From NCBI GenBank assembly GCA_030704615.1, contig CM060734.1:39246001-39310000 (forward strand): a DNA stretch of 64,000 nucleotides, given 5' to 3'. The notes beneath the pieces are model-generated. The model did not search any database. It was given only the letters and a program-made list of their open reading frames with translations, and was not told the DNA's origin. The translations under genes and the position numbers were made by a program. Every line of letters starts with the position of its first letter. Within the stretch, counting starts at the first letter, position 1. This DNA is from Takakia lepidozioides. Lineage: Eukaryota > Plantae > Bryophyta. Below are positions 33,301-46,491 of the stretch, one piece after another.

Positions 33301-36300
33301 GGAATCTTTTAGTGCATTTTCTACATTGAGAGTTTCACTTTATTACCAGGACCCGGGTTCATAAGTTCATAGTTCATACCCAGTGGTATACCAGTTTCTT
33401 TCTTTTTTCCTTTCTGGGTTTTGTTTTTAAAGGAAAGCGAGGGGTGCCCAATTGCAAGGTTTACTGAACAGCCAGTCCTTCCTGCACAGCACCAGTGTGA
33501 TGTTAGTACCATAGAACTTGTCCTCTTTTGTATTTGCAAGGCACATGAGTGTGGCCATGGCTTGCCACCATTACAAGCAGCAATGTAAAGCTGAAAAGTT
33601 GATGGTGAGCATCCACACCTTCTATCATCCTTTTATAGAGGAATACCATAAGGGTATGGTGGCTGGTATGAAGGACCTAGATCAGCAGGCTAAACCTGGT
33701 TTCATTTTATTCTTCTTTTGTTTAGTTTGTTTTTGGAAAACACCAGTTTCCTAGCATAGTAAGGGAATTGTTTGGGAAAGCAGGCTAATCCTCAACCGAT
33801 GCATGCCACAGGGGGGTGTCCAGAGATGATTTTAGCTCTTTGACATTGTATTCTTTCACAGCTATGGGTGGCGGCCTTTGGAGTGACCATCACTTTCTTT
33901 CTTTCTTTCTCATGGAACAATACTCTGACAATTCTCGGTTGTTGGACACAGAATTTTGAGAGTGATCCGTGCATCTCGTTTGATGCATTGTAAGAGAAGA
34001 GGACAAGTTTGATGAGCGTCATGACACTTCACATGAGTACACTTAGCTATGCACAAGTAGCAAAGGTGCAGCACCTCTGGCATCACTTTCTACTCTTTTG
34101 TCTTTTATTCAGATGTACGCGGATCCATCAAGCTGCCTCAGGGTTCTCATGATGCCCAGTACAACCGATACAACTGCTCAGCATGAAAAGATGATATCTG
34201 GCCAACCGTGGGATGAATATGGAGCCGCTGGGATCCGTCGGACAGCAAACTGACTTTTGAGTCAGAATCCTGTGCGGACATGCAAACTGCAGAGGCCTCC
34301 ATGCGAAACGGAAGGTGTGCACAGATGGGCACAAGATCAAAGTTTTACCACAGTCACTAATAGGGGAAGATTGTTTTTTCGTTTACAGAGATACTCTAAG
34401 AAGGCACTGTGGCCACCAGAACAGCAGAGCTAATATGGTGTTTCTCTTCAGACAGGTGAGTCATGCCTTAGAAACAACCATCTCGACAGAAGCTTCGCCC
34501 CCCTTGAGAGCATGCTGAATGGGCATTGGATTGGAAGAACACATTTGTTGACAAATTGCTGCATTGTCTTACCCTTGTGACTATAGGTCACTTCATAACG
34601 CCTTCCTAGAATTCAATTCAAGTGACTTTTTTCATCTCTCTTTTGATGTTTTCAGGGGCACAGAACAGATATTATTTTTGAAAGGGTGATAATGAAGGTC
34701 TGATTGATGTTTTGCAGTCACACCCATGGGGGACCTTGTCTCCAGCAGTGTTTTGAAGGCTCCCTTGTAGAGACCTCACCCAGGCAGAAGACAAGGCTTG
34801 TTAGTTAGAAGTGTTATCTGGAGTTTATTTAAACCCACATTTTGCACGTGAAAAGACGAGCCACTAGTACCACCCTCCACAACCGAAGGCTGGGCTCCTT
34901 GGGGCAGTACAAAAATCAGGAATGGCATCGTAATGAACTCTTCAGTATGGGGAGGAGTGAGTCCTCCTTTGACGACCTGAAGAGAGTGAGATCGATGATT
35001 TCAAAGCCAATGCTGCTGTAGATAGAGACCATGGAGTGCTTTCAACAACCGAGCGGGTTGCGTATCCAGGGCCATACCTGTGTGGGAACTGTAGTGTGTG
35101 TACACATACATGCTGGAGCAGGTTGCTTGAGGGAGTGGTCAGGCTTTTAGAAAGGAGGGGAGAGGTGCCTGGGGGAGGGGAGGAAAGCCACATGGGGACA
35201 ACTACCATTGCGATATATCTAAGCTTGCTTATAGTGTCTAGATGTGTGGGACTGAAAGATAGGCAAAGCCACCCCTCTGAATTTCACCTGTCCAATATTC
35301 AATCAACAGCTTTTGCCACATATATTTTTCTCACACAATTTCCATTCATTCCTCCACAGGCACCTATGCAAACCAGAAACAAAATTCCCATGTCCTTTTC
35401 CAGGACAGAAGGCTCTATTTGTATAATGGATACCAAGGTTGCTTTTTGGGCTTGTCCCAAGGCATATTTGAAAGGCAAAAAAGAGACGGATATTTGGCTC
35501 GAATCCATTTTGGATAATATGGGCATGCACTTGCTTTTCCCGTTTCTAGGTCTTTACTCTTGATACACCCTTGTAAAATGCACAAGTACTCTTGGAGTCT
35601 GCCAACATGAATTGCTGGTTCAAAACGTGCAGTGCCTGTTTGACTTGTTCTGCCTTACGCAGTGTACCCACAGCCAGAGCAGCGCCAAAAAAGTTCTGAT
35701 GTAGCAGGAATTGCTGCTTTTCGCAACCGCCTGTCCGAAACGACTGAACCTACGACTCAAGGTTGTGAACGACGACTTGCTAGTCGTCGCAGGCAAATTT
35801 ATGCCACGCTAGCATTGCGGATGAAGTGTTGAAATCGCGGAAACCACTGCGGGTTTCACGCCGATTTTCAAAAAATAAGAAAAAATATATTTTGTATAAC
35901 GACTGCGGGTTGGATCCCTCGGGGACATTTTTATTAATTGTAACCTATATGGTACTATTTTGTAATTACAATGACATGCATCGAATTTCTATATAGTGAA
36001 CGAAACTCATTTATTCCCTGATCGTGTTAAAGATATGACCAGGGAGCGAAATTTGAGGGCCGGCCGACGCGACGTAACTCCGCATTGCGCGGTGTGAGGG
36101 TCTCATGGACTTAGCTTTTTTTGCGAGGGTCTTAGAGACTTAGCTTTTTCTGGAAGCTTCACGCTTCCTCTGCCCAGTCTTGCAGGTCTTTGTTTCTGTT
36201 CTCCTCGTCATGCGCGTTTTTTCTTCCTGTTTGTTGTTGCTGTGGGGTTCAATCCGCGCTTCTTAGGTTTAGTTCTTGTCCCGTCTTGTTGTTTTCGGGT

Positions 36301-37938
36301 TCCTGGGCATCCGTGAAGTTGCGTCTTGTTTTCTTCTCGTTTTAGTGTGATCTTCCCCCCTTTCTTTCCTTTCCTCCCTTGGCTCCTGTTAGTACCATGA
36401 TTTGATTCTCATGAGTCCCTCTCGTGATCCTACTTCAAAAACATTTGTCGTCGAGGAGGTGCCAGATTCAAACAACTACGCCTGATTCGACCCGGCCATC
36501 CTCCATGACTCAAAATCTTTACTTACAATCAACTGGCATATTGTATCTCCTAGCTCATTGATAAGTCAAGAAAATATCTCTCAAAGAAGACAGGCTTGGG
36601 GCGACGTACATGAAGAGGTTAAAGATGCTAGAGTCTTATGGTTAGAGAATAAGTGGTATGAATGCTAAATGTTTGGGTTGGAACGTTGGAACCCATGAAT
36701 ATAATCAAGACAATACCAGATGTACTCACGGATTGGAGCTTCACTAATTGTAATTGTAAGAAGTTCACACTTCTTTTCATTTTTCATTTTAATTTCATAT
36801 GACATGGTTGTATGAAAGGTCAAAAATTTGTCAACCTGTCAGGTGAACTTAGGCATTCTCTCAAAGTTGTCTGTCACAGTAGAAGTCAAAAACAAATTAA
36901 CCTGTACAAAAAAGGTAGGGCTTCCTGTCAAAGAACAACACTGATACTGCACTGTAGTGCCTCAGAAGAGACTTTAGGTAAAGAATTAAACCTGCCAACG
37001 AATTAAAAATGGAAGATTTCCACATGTTAGTATCACAAATTGGGCAACTGATGATGACAGCAACTCAATCTGAAAGAAACATACAGGAGTTTCATATTTT
37101 TAAGTTGTATATATAAGATGTAGCTGCACAGAGGCCATATAGTTTCTCAATTGATGCTTGGCGTACCTCAGCCAACATGCAATGTTCAACAGATTTTCAA
37201 CTATCAAGGAGGGCAGCTAACTCATACAAAGTGTTTGACCAGCTCTCAATCCATTTACCCTGGGGCACCACACTCAACTCTCTCATCCAAGGAATGCCCT
37301 CAACCACTACCACCAACGACAAGGAACAACCTTGGGCAACAGGTCTAGTCTGGGGTCCTATTAACAAGAAAGAATAACCTACGGATACAACAGAAGAAGC
37401 TGCACTTTCATGGTTCCACGTGCGAGACACTTGTGTACAGAACAATTGCCTGCAACTGGTGATGCATCCAGTTGACAGAGTATCAATTGATATCATACCA
37501 AATCAGTCCCAACGTGCCTCCCTGAAACCTCTTCCTTGTCCTAAACGAAGATCTATATAGCGTCACCTTACATTAAAACCTGGTGTTCCACTGTGAAGCA
37601 TGTGAGACATATTCCTGCCAGAGCCGATCACTGTTGATTGTTGGGCTTCCTTGCAAAACAGTTTAGACAATTTAAACCTTTAGCAACTAAAGTCGTCTGA
37701 CTCCTACTGAGAAAATCTATCACAATTTGTCCATATTAAACTCTCTCTTTGTCTCTCACTGCCCCTGCTGAAATAAGGCGTGACTTACAGTGCAATCACA
37801 ATTCACTTCTGTTCTGGATTGAGGTCTTGAACAATCTAGTATTTCCGCTACACAATTTCCCTTAAACCAACTCTAGTTGCGTTTGTGGCCTGCATTTCCA
37901 GGGCCTTCTTAGCTACAACGAGCACATCCCTATCCTCA

Positions 37939-38615
37939 TGTTATGGCACTCTGCTTAACTAGAATGGGTTTATGAGTGGAAAAGGCCACGGGGTTGGTTG
38001 ATTGACAGGCGGGAGAAGCTGGCTCAGATGCCATGTGATGGCTAGGGGCTGGCAACCGACAGGTTCAAGTGTTGGTTACCCGTCGAAGAGGTCACCTGTC
38101 TAAGAAAGAACGAAGATGATGATCAACCAAACATGAAGGACATAGGGATCTGAGGGGCTCTGCAGGAAGGATGAATGAGTACTGATATGTGTAGGGATAA
38201 TGAATGCACGGTGCGGTGGTTGGGAGGTCCGGGTGTGGCACCCCGGAACTGTGCATAGCTTCTATAAATAGAGTTCCGCATGTTGTTTGAACTAGTTGGC
38301 AGAAAGATATCTTTGGTTATTGTCAGAAACCAGAAGTGGTGATACCATCTATTTGTACATAGAATTGTAAAGGTGTGAATAGACTTCTACTGATCCCTGT
38401 CACAGTTTTGAGAAAGGGATAGAGTTGCTTTAAGGTTTGTGAATAATCTTCCGTGAAGATAAGGGCTAAACGATCGCTGAACTGGAACTGAACTCTGTCA
38501 CGATCTGAAATTAGACTCTTTTCATGTGAATAAGGTTTCATTGAGAGCAAAGTGGTGAAGGTACTGGTTGGAACTGATTCCTGTGACAGTCTGAAAGGAA
38601 GACAAAGTTGTTTTA
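37939..38615 (+). repeat. 5' LTR of the gypsy element
   Basis: Begins TGTTATGGCACTCTGC and ends GTTGTTTTA. Highly similar to 43230-43883. Followed by PBS TGGTAGCAGAGCC (38618-38630), one mismatch from the tRNA-iMet PBS. Confidence 0.92.
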
Positions 38616-38783
38616 AATGGTAGCAGAGCCGGGTTGGGTTGAGAGATAGGGGCAGGAACGAGTTCAATTACGACTCATGAACCGCCTATCGTTAGGGTCA
38701 GAGAGCATCGTACAATAAAGCTCTTACGGAAGTTCTACGATGGAGCGTTCGGATGCTGGAAATTCTCAACGTAAAGAAATCAG

Positions 38784-41700
38784 TTGAATCGACCCTTCTC
38801 AAATGCACAGATGGAGGCTTTAGGCGCTCTGATTCGTTCTGAGGTTCAAAAGTTAGCACCAGTAAAAGAGCAATCTACTACAAAGAGGACTAGAGGAACC
38901 TTGTTTGATGAATCACAAGCCGAATCCCAATCTAATGCAAGCTCCATGGAATTTAAGACAAGAAGGAGCAAGGATGTGACTCGTGAGTTCGTGGGTAAGA
39001 CTTCTGTCAAGCTAGAAGAGATCCTGTCGTTCTTAGAAACACTTGAGGAATTTTTTGAGGACGATTACCCTAAAGAAACAAAAATTAGAATGGCAACCCT
39101 ACAACTTCGAGATGCAGCAAAATTGTGGTGGTCTCGTCAGAAAAAAGAACACTGTGAACATGGCAAACACCCAATCAACACTTGGGAGAAGTTTCGATCA
39201 GTGTTTCTGGCCCACTATCTCCCTGGAGATTACGCTCATAAGATGAAGGTTGAACTCTTCACCCTGAAACAGGAAAGTTCTAATGTGGTTGAGTTCAAGA
39301 CCAAATTCGAAATGCATGCCAACTATTTTCCAACTCTCAGTGAGGATGACAGGGTGGATTTTTTTGTGGATGGCCTGAATGACTCTTTGAAATATAAGGT
39401 CAAAGCCCACAATCCCTGCACAAAAGTTGAGGCTTATAGATTAGCTTGCAATTTTGAATGTGAAGCTAAGGCACACTGAGTGGCATACTCGGCTCGTGCA
39501 AGGGAGAATAAGAAGAGGATGCCATTCTCTCCCAAGATCACCCCAACAAGAAAGGGAAATTGGAAGAGGTTTAAACCCTACAAGAAGAACGAAAATCAGG
39601 GAAGCCGGAGAACAATTGTTGGTAATCCACCGCGTCTAAGTCCCAGGGAACAAGAAGAACATCTCAGGAAGGGGCTTTGCTTCAATTGTCATAAGCCCGG
39701 CCATCGATCAGCAAATTGTCCTGAACGCCAATTCCGACTGCAGCTTTGGTAGTGGAAGAAACAGTAGAGCCTGTAACTATTACAGACCTCGGAAATTGTT
39801 CAGGATCTGCCACTGGAAAGGGTCCCAACATGAGGGTGTTAGCTGTAGTTGTCGATGGTGGAGTGGCCTACAACCCCAATGTTATTCGAGTTCAGGGACA
39901 GGTGGCGGGGAAACCAACAATGTTGTTGATTGACATTGGCAGCACCCACAATATGCTATCAAAGTCATTTGCAGACAAGTTGGGATTATCTCAGGAGGAG
40001 GTGCAGACATCTCAGATTATGCTACCAAATGGCGGGGTGGAGACCACACAACAACATCTTTCAGCTGTGCCAGTTGTCGTGCAAGGGTGCACACGGATGC
40101 AAATTTTGAAGTCTGGAACGACGCTTGCTACGACTGCATTCTGGGGATGCAATGGCTCGACACTGTGGATGCGGTGGTGGCTTGCAAGCGTGGGTTGGTG
40201 AGCGGTGCCTTACCCTCTGGCAAAACCTTTGAATTAAAAGGTACTCGAGCTCTCCCCAATGATACCCCGATGTCTGCTATTCAGATGAAAAGGTGTGCGC
40301 GTAAGGGAAATGGTCAGATTTTTGCCCTGAATGTGCATGAAAGTCTGTCTAGATCAGGTACTGAAAATACAGGAGTACATGTCAGAACAGAAGCAGTTCT
40401 GAATGATTATCGGGATATGTTTCCCGAGGAAATCCCTGGAATGCCTCCTATACGTGATATTGATCATGCCATCGAGTTGGTGGCTGATTCAGTACCATTT
40501 GCGCGAGCACCCTATTGGCACTCAATTGTAGAAACTGAAGAACTTGAAAAACAATTGAGCGACTTGCTTGAGAAAGGGTATATTCGGGCTAGCAAGTCCC
40601 CTTGGGGCGCTCGAGTCATGTTCAGAAAGAAAAAGGATGGTGGGTTAAGACTGTGTGTGGATTATAGATAGATGAACAAAATGACAATCAAGAATAAATA
40701 TCCACTTCCGCGCATCGATGATACTTTGATCACCTATATGCGAGTAAGGTCTTTTCCAAACTTGATCTGCGATCAGGTTCCCACCATATACGAATTAAGG
40801 ATGCAGGTATACCTAAGGTTGGATTCCAATCAAGCTTTGGCCATTATGAGTATACGGTAATGCCATTTGGACTTACCAATGCTCCGGCTACGTTCATGCA
40901 CTTGATGAATTCTCTGTTTCGAAAATACCTTGGCAAGATGGTACTTGTTTTCATGGATGATATCCTGGTATTTTTAAAAACAGAAGAAGAGCATGAACAA
41001 GAATGGTTTTGGATATCTTAAGGCAGAATCATCTATTTGCAAAGAAGAGTAAATGTGAGTTCTTTGTAGATCATATGGACTATTTGGGATTTCATATCTC
41101 AAAGGATGGAGTGTCCATTGATTCAAAGAAGATTCAGGCTGTGGCCGAATGGCCCAAACCCAAAGATAAAACAGAAGTCAGAAGCTTTGTTGGGTTTGCT
41201 AGCTTTCTACGAAAGTTTATTAAATCGTTCTCTCGCATTGCAGCCCCGATGACTGAGCTACTAAAGAACTTTACTTCTAAAGATTGGAATGAAGCTTGGA
41301 CTCCAGATTGTGATGTTAGCTTTGACAACCTAAAGTTTGCATTGACTCATGCTCTAGTCTTGAAGCTAATTGATCCTACCATGAATGAGATAGTGCTTTG
41401 CACTAATGCGAGTGATCTCGCTATTGAAGCAGTATTGATGCAGAGGGGTCAGGTTATTGCCTATGAGTCCAGAAAGCTCAGTCTAGCTGAACAGAATTAT
41501 CTTGTTCATGAAAAAGAACTTTTGGCTATAGTTCATGCACTGAAGATATGGAGGCACTACTTGCTTCCTGTGGACTTTACAATTGAAACAGATCATGAGA
41601 GTTTAAAGTATCTCAGTACACAACCCAATTTGAGTCGTCGTCAGATTCGATGGGTTGAATTCCTTCAGCAGTTTCACTTTGATCTGCGGTATGTGAAGGG

Positions 41701-43219
41701 AAAAGAGAATGTACTGGCAAATGCACTCTCTAGAAGGCCGATGGTCAATGATGTGTCGCTTGTGAGAAGCTCCATGATTGATGATGTGAAGGATCACTAT
41801 GCTGATGATGTGTTTTTCGAAGCACCATATGAAAGCCTCTCACATGACCGTCGGACCTCTGATGAGATTGACAAGTACCGTCCATACTTGTTGCGTGATG
41901 GGATATTATATTATCACATGCATATGTGCATTCCCTCTTTACAGGATTTGCGACTACATATCATTTATGACTGTCATAATATTCCCATTGGACATCCGGG
42001 CTTTCAGAGAACCTATGTAGCCCTTAGAAAACAATATTTCTGGCCAGGAATGAAGAGATAGATCAAAGAGTATGTGGATAGATGCTTTCCATGTCAAGTC
42101 TCAAATCAGAAAGGATTCGTCCTCCTGGATTATTACAACCACTAAGTGTTCCCAGTGGAAACTGGGAATCGATAAGTAGGGATTTTATAGTGGCACTGAC
42201 ATGGACCAGAAATGGACATAATGGCATCATGGTGGTTGTTGATAGACTGTCTAAGACAGCACACTTGATTCCCACAAAAATGACAGTCACTGCCCCTGAG
42301 GTGGCATCACTGTTCATGAAAGAAATCTTTCGGATCCACGGGATACCTCGTGAGATAATTTGTGACAGGGACACGAAGTTCACAAGTCATTTTTGGACTG
42401 CTTTGTTTAAGCTTTTGAGAACCAAGTTGAGACTCAATACTGCATATCATCCTAAAACAGATGCCCAAACCGAACGGACCAACCGAACCATTGAGGATAT
42501 GCTGAGAATGGATGTTGGTCAGAGACAGACTTCCTAGGAGTAGTACTTGCTAGAATTCGCCTATAACAAGAATTTCCATAGTGCCATTGGGATGAGCCCG
42601 TTTCAGGCACTCTATGGACGAGATTGTTTGACCCCAGCTTCTCTTTCCACGCCATTGTCTAAGGTCCAATCTGTCAATGACATGGTCTGTGAAATGCACT
42701 TGGATTTGGTAAAGAGAAGTATGAAAAGTGCTCAAGAAATAACCAAGTTCTATGCTGACAAGCATAGAAACTTCCGTGAATTTGAAGTAGGCGACAAGGT
42801 CTTCTTGAAAGTTGCTCCCAAAAGAAGTCAGTTGAAATTAGGCAAGTGTCCTAAGCTGTCCCCAAAGTTCTGTGGACCTTTTGTGATCTTAAAGCGTTAT
42901 GGATCTGTGGCATATCAACTAGATCTACCAGCTACTTGGAAAATCCATGATGTCTTTCATGTCAGCCTCCTAAGGAAATACGTGGCAGACCCCAATCACA
43001 TTCTACCTGAACTACCCAAAGTTGTGGACGAAGGTCAGTTATTGGCTGAACCTGAATGTGATCTGGAGACAAGAATGAAACAGAAATCGTTCATATCGTG
43101 AACATCTTGTCAAGTGGTATCACTATCCAGAATCTGAAGCTACTTGGGAAAAAGAGAGTGACCTGCAATTGGATTTTCCCCATTACACTATCATTGCGGA
43201 CAATGATCAATCCTTTTAG
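38784..43219 (+). pseudogene. Gypsy gag-pol with multiple stops and frameshifts
   Basis: Gag (AAKLWW..TWEKFR..LKQ), zinc knuckle CFNCHKPGHRSANC, protease LLIDIGSTHN, RT (LCVDYR, YPLPRID, MPFGLTNAP, FMDDIL), RNase H (ETDHESL, ENVLANALSR), integrase (VVVDRLSK, ICDRDTKF, AYHPKTDAQTER, GPF) and chromodomain LVKWYHYPESEATWEKESDL. Confidence 0.95.
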
Positions 43220-43229
43220 TGGGGGAGTT

Positions 43230-43883
43230 TGTTATGGCACTCTGCTTAACTAGAACGGGTTTATGGGTAGTAAAGGCCACGGGGTTGGTTGATTGACAGG
43301 TGGGAGAAGCTGGCTCAGATGCCATGTGATGGCCAGGGGCTGGCAACCGATAGGTTCAAGTGTTGGTTACCCGTCGAGAGGTCACCTGTCTAAGAAAGAA
43401 CGAAGACGATGATCAACCAAACATGAAGGACATAGGGATCTGAGGGGCTCTGCAGGAAGGACGAATGAGTACTGATATGTGTAGGGATTATGAATGCACG
43501 GTGCGGTGGTTTGGAGGTCCGGGTGTGGCACCCCGGAACTGTGCATAGCTTCTGTAAATAGAGTTCAACTAGTTGGCAGAAAGATAAGAGATGATCTTTG
43601 GTTATTGTCAAGAACCAGAAGTGGTGATACCATCTGTGTGTACAGAGAATTGTAAAGGTGTGAAAAGAATTCTACTGATCCTTGTCACAGTTTTGAGTCC
43701 AGTTCAGCGATCGTTCAGCCCTTATCTTCACATAAGTGTATTCACAAACCTTAAAGCAACTCTCTCACGATCTGAAATTAGACTCTTTTCATGTGAATAA
43801 GGTTTCATTGAGAGCAAAAGTGGTGAAGGTACTGGTTGGAACTGATTCCTGTGACAGTCTGAAAGGAAGACAGAGTTGTTTTA
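43230..43883 (+). repeat. 3' LTR of the gypsy element
   Basis: Preceded by polypurine tract AGTGGGGGAG (43218-43227). Same start and end as the 5' LTR. Confidence 0.92.
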
Positions 43884-44934
43884 CCTCCTAAGTTATCCCT
43901 CCCTCCGTGACTGGCACTTCCGGATTGCTCGTAAACTATCTCTGTTGTGCAACGAATCGACAGAAGAGAAACCTATCATATACAGTTCAGATATTTGAGA
44001 CGAATAGTGCCCAAAGATGCATGCTCGTTTACGCTGACATATTCCTAGCCAGGAATGCGATGGGACAGGACCGGCATCTAAACGGAAGCATTGGGCCGCT
44101 ATGGCAATCCGCTAGGGCACGGCTATGGCACGCCTCCAGAGGGGGGTCCGATAATCTTGCGTGGGTGCAGTGTTTGCCAGCCTGTTGAAAGGAAGGAGAA
44201 GACAGGGCCTCTCTCCTGCCATCCCTATGCTTGAATCTGGACCGTAGTACTTAATACAAAGGGGAGGTCTGTGCATGCATGCGCTGAAAATCATAGATCA
44301 GAAGATGGAAGAGACGATCGCATTCGTCCAAACAATCTCGTCCAGGTTCCAACTACTCATTATGTTGCAAATCCAGGAGATGGTGAGCACTAAGTCTGCG
44401 CATCCCTTCATCACCCACCGAACTGGTAGTTAACTAATTTTAACGAAGTGCTCATAACCTTGCTTGCCTAATCGCAGTTGGATTCTGATTAGTGCATTTG
44501 AATTAGCTTCGTTTCCCGGCATGTGTGATAAGGGAAACCGCCTCCTCTCCCTCTTCTAATCTCCTTCCATCTCGTGCTCATGATTGTGGGATTGCCACCC
44601 TGTAGATACTGGAAAGTTGCTAGCAAACTTCTAAGGATAGATTACTCTTGGTGTTGATCAAAGACTGTGTTTGAGGAAGTCTGATTACGTATGCCTTCTT
44701 CCAATATATTGTCGTGCAAGCATAGTCCATGTCTTGAAACTCCCTCTCAGCAATGGGTCTGTTGAGCATACATACTGACCAGCTGTGAACTTTCAAGAGA
44801 AAGTCTACAGTTGTAGCAGTCCTTTTTAAATTAACAGAGGGGCAGTGGAAGGTGCCAGAGTTCCAGGATCGATCCAAGCCCAGACTGTGTTACAATAATT
44901 CCGTAGCTCAATGAGGCTATAAGTCCAATTCAAT

Positions 44935-46456
44935 ATGACAGAACCTGCCCCTGATGCACCCGAGGAAACAAAGGAAGAAACAAAGGAGGAAACAAAGGAG
45001 GAAACACAGCCCGAAAAAGCTGACGACGATGAGGGAAAACCAGTCAAAAAATTTCCCATAGACCCGGTCTTGCAGAAGAAGCTGCGAGAGGTTTTTCCTC
45101 TTTTTGTCAAGAAAGGAGCAAGAAAGAAGACAGAGCTTCCAGACAAGTATATATATGATGTCTCTTTTCCAGATGAAAGTGGTTGTGATGTGAAAGTGAT
45201 GTCTCTTCAAAGATTTTTAAATTAGTGTGTTGTTGATCCGCAGACAGCTCAAATACTCAAAATATCAATGTTCACGATACTTTGCCGGGTTCTTCCAATG
45301 TCGTAGACCATTTTTTGGAGTCTACAGGATGTACATGGGCAGTTCCATTCTTCGAGGATTTCTTGAAAGGAAGATCTAACAAATTAATTAACATTCTAAA
45401 ACTAAACTGTGGACTAGTAAGTGAGCGGAAAGTCTCAAACACAGCGTCAATTTGACTTTTTGAAGACCAAATAGTGTTTGACTGCACAAACTGGGTTTAA
45501 ATTTCAGTCCACTGTGTTGAAATGGATGGTTGTCGGATATCATGTAATGAAGGATCTCTCCATTACTGCCGTTCTGTGACCATGATCTAGTGCCTATCTT
45601 TACTTCAGACTGTACATATAGTGGTAGAATTTTCACGAGTATTGTATAATCTCTGTAGATTACTAGGGAAATCTGTAGCAAGAACGATTGTGCCGGGTAT
45701 CTGAATGAGGGAAATCTTATTGCTATATGGTGCAGGGATGTGGGACCGCTGCTGCGGGCAGTGGCCTTTAACCCAACGGAGGCCCAGGTTCAAGCTATCG
45801 TCCTCAGTGCACGTTACTTACCACCCTCCTGAAGTGAATTTGAATCAGTCTCCATTTTTTCATCATGTGCACAACTTACGTTGAGTACGATTGTTTGAGT
45901 GATCGCTGCTTGATTCGATGGATCGATCGAAAGCAAAAGTAAGATTGCAAGTAGAATTCGGTCTTTGAGGAGGTCCTTTCTCCTGTGTTTGTCTCATTAA
46001 TATATTTAAGCTGTTTTGGGCTTTTGGAGGTGCCAGGTTTTATAACTTCTTTTCTATCTTCCTCCTGCACCTTCGAGAATCTCACGGTGTTGAATCGTAG
46101 TTTTCGGGCTCACTTGAACATTGAGGGCCTCACCTTCTTTCTTGTATCCTGCTTTCATTGTCCGGTCACGTGAGCTACCTATTCATGAACGAAATAAAGT
46201 TTCTTTGTAACTTCGTTGCTCCCTCTTCCTCGTGAACACCTGAGCTTCCTTCGTTTCTTTGATTACAGGCCAAGGCAAAGGAAATACCAACGACATCAAG
46301 AAATCATTTTGATTATGAGAATCTTGAGCAAAGGGTGGCCGAATACCTTTTCTTCAACCCTGACGCTTTTCTACGGCATCCCAAAGAGAAAATTGTTGAG
46401 GCAATGGCGGTAAGCCTTGTGAAAGTGTGCATGCGCATACTTCTTTAGAAACTCCA

Positions 46457-46491
<35 letters not shown>

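Larger units (their letters stand above)
37939..43883 (+). mobile_element. Full-length but decayed Ty3/gypsy chromovirus LTR retrotransposon
   Basis: Paired LTRs, PBS, PPT and near-TSD (CCTCA / CCTCC). Domain order is Gag-PR-RT-RH-INT-chromodomain. Confidence 0.96.
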
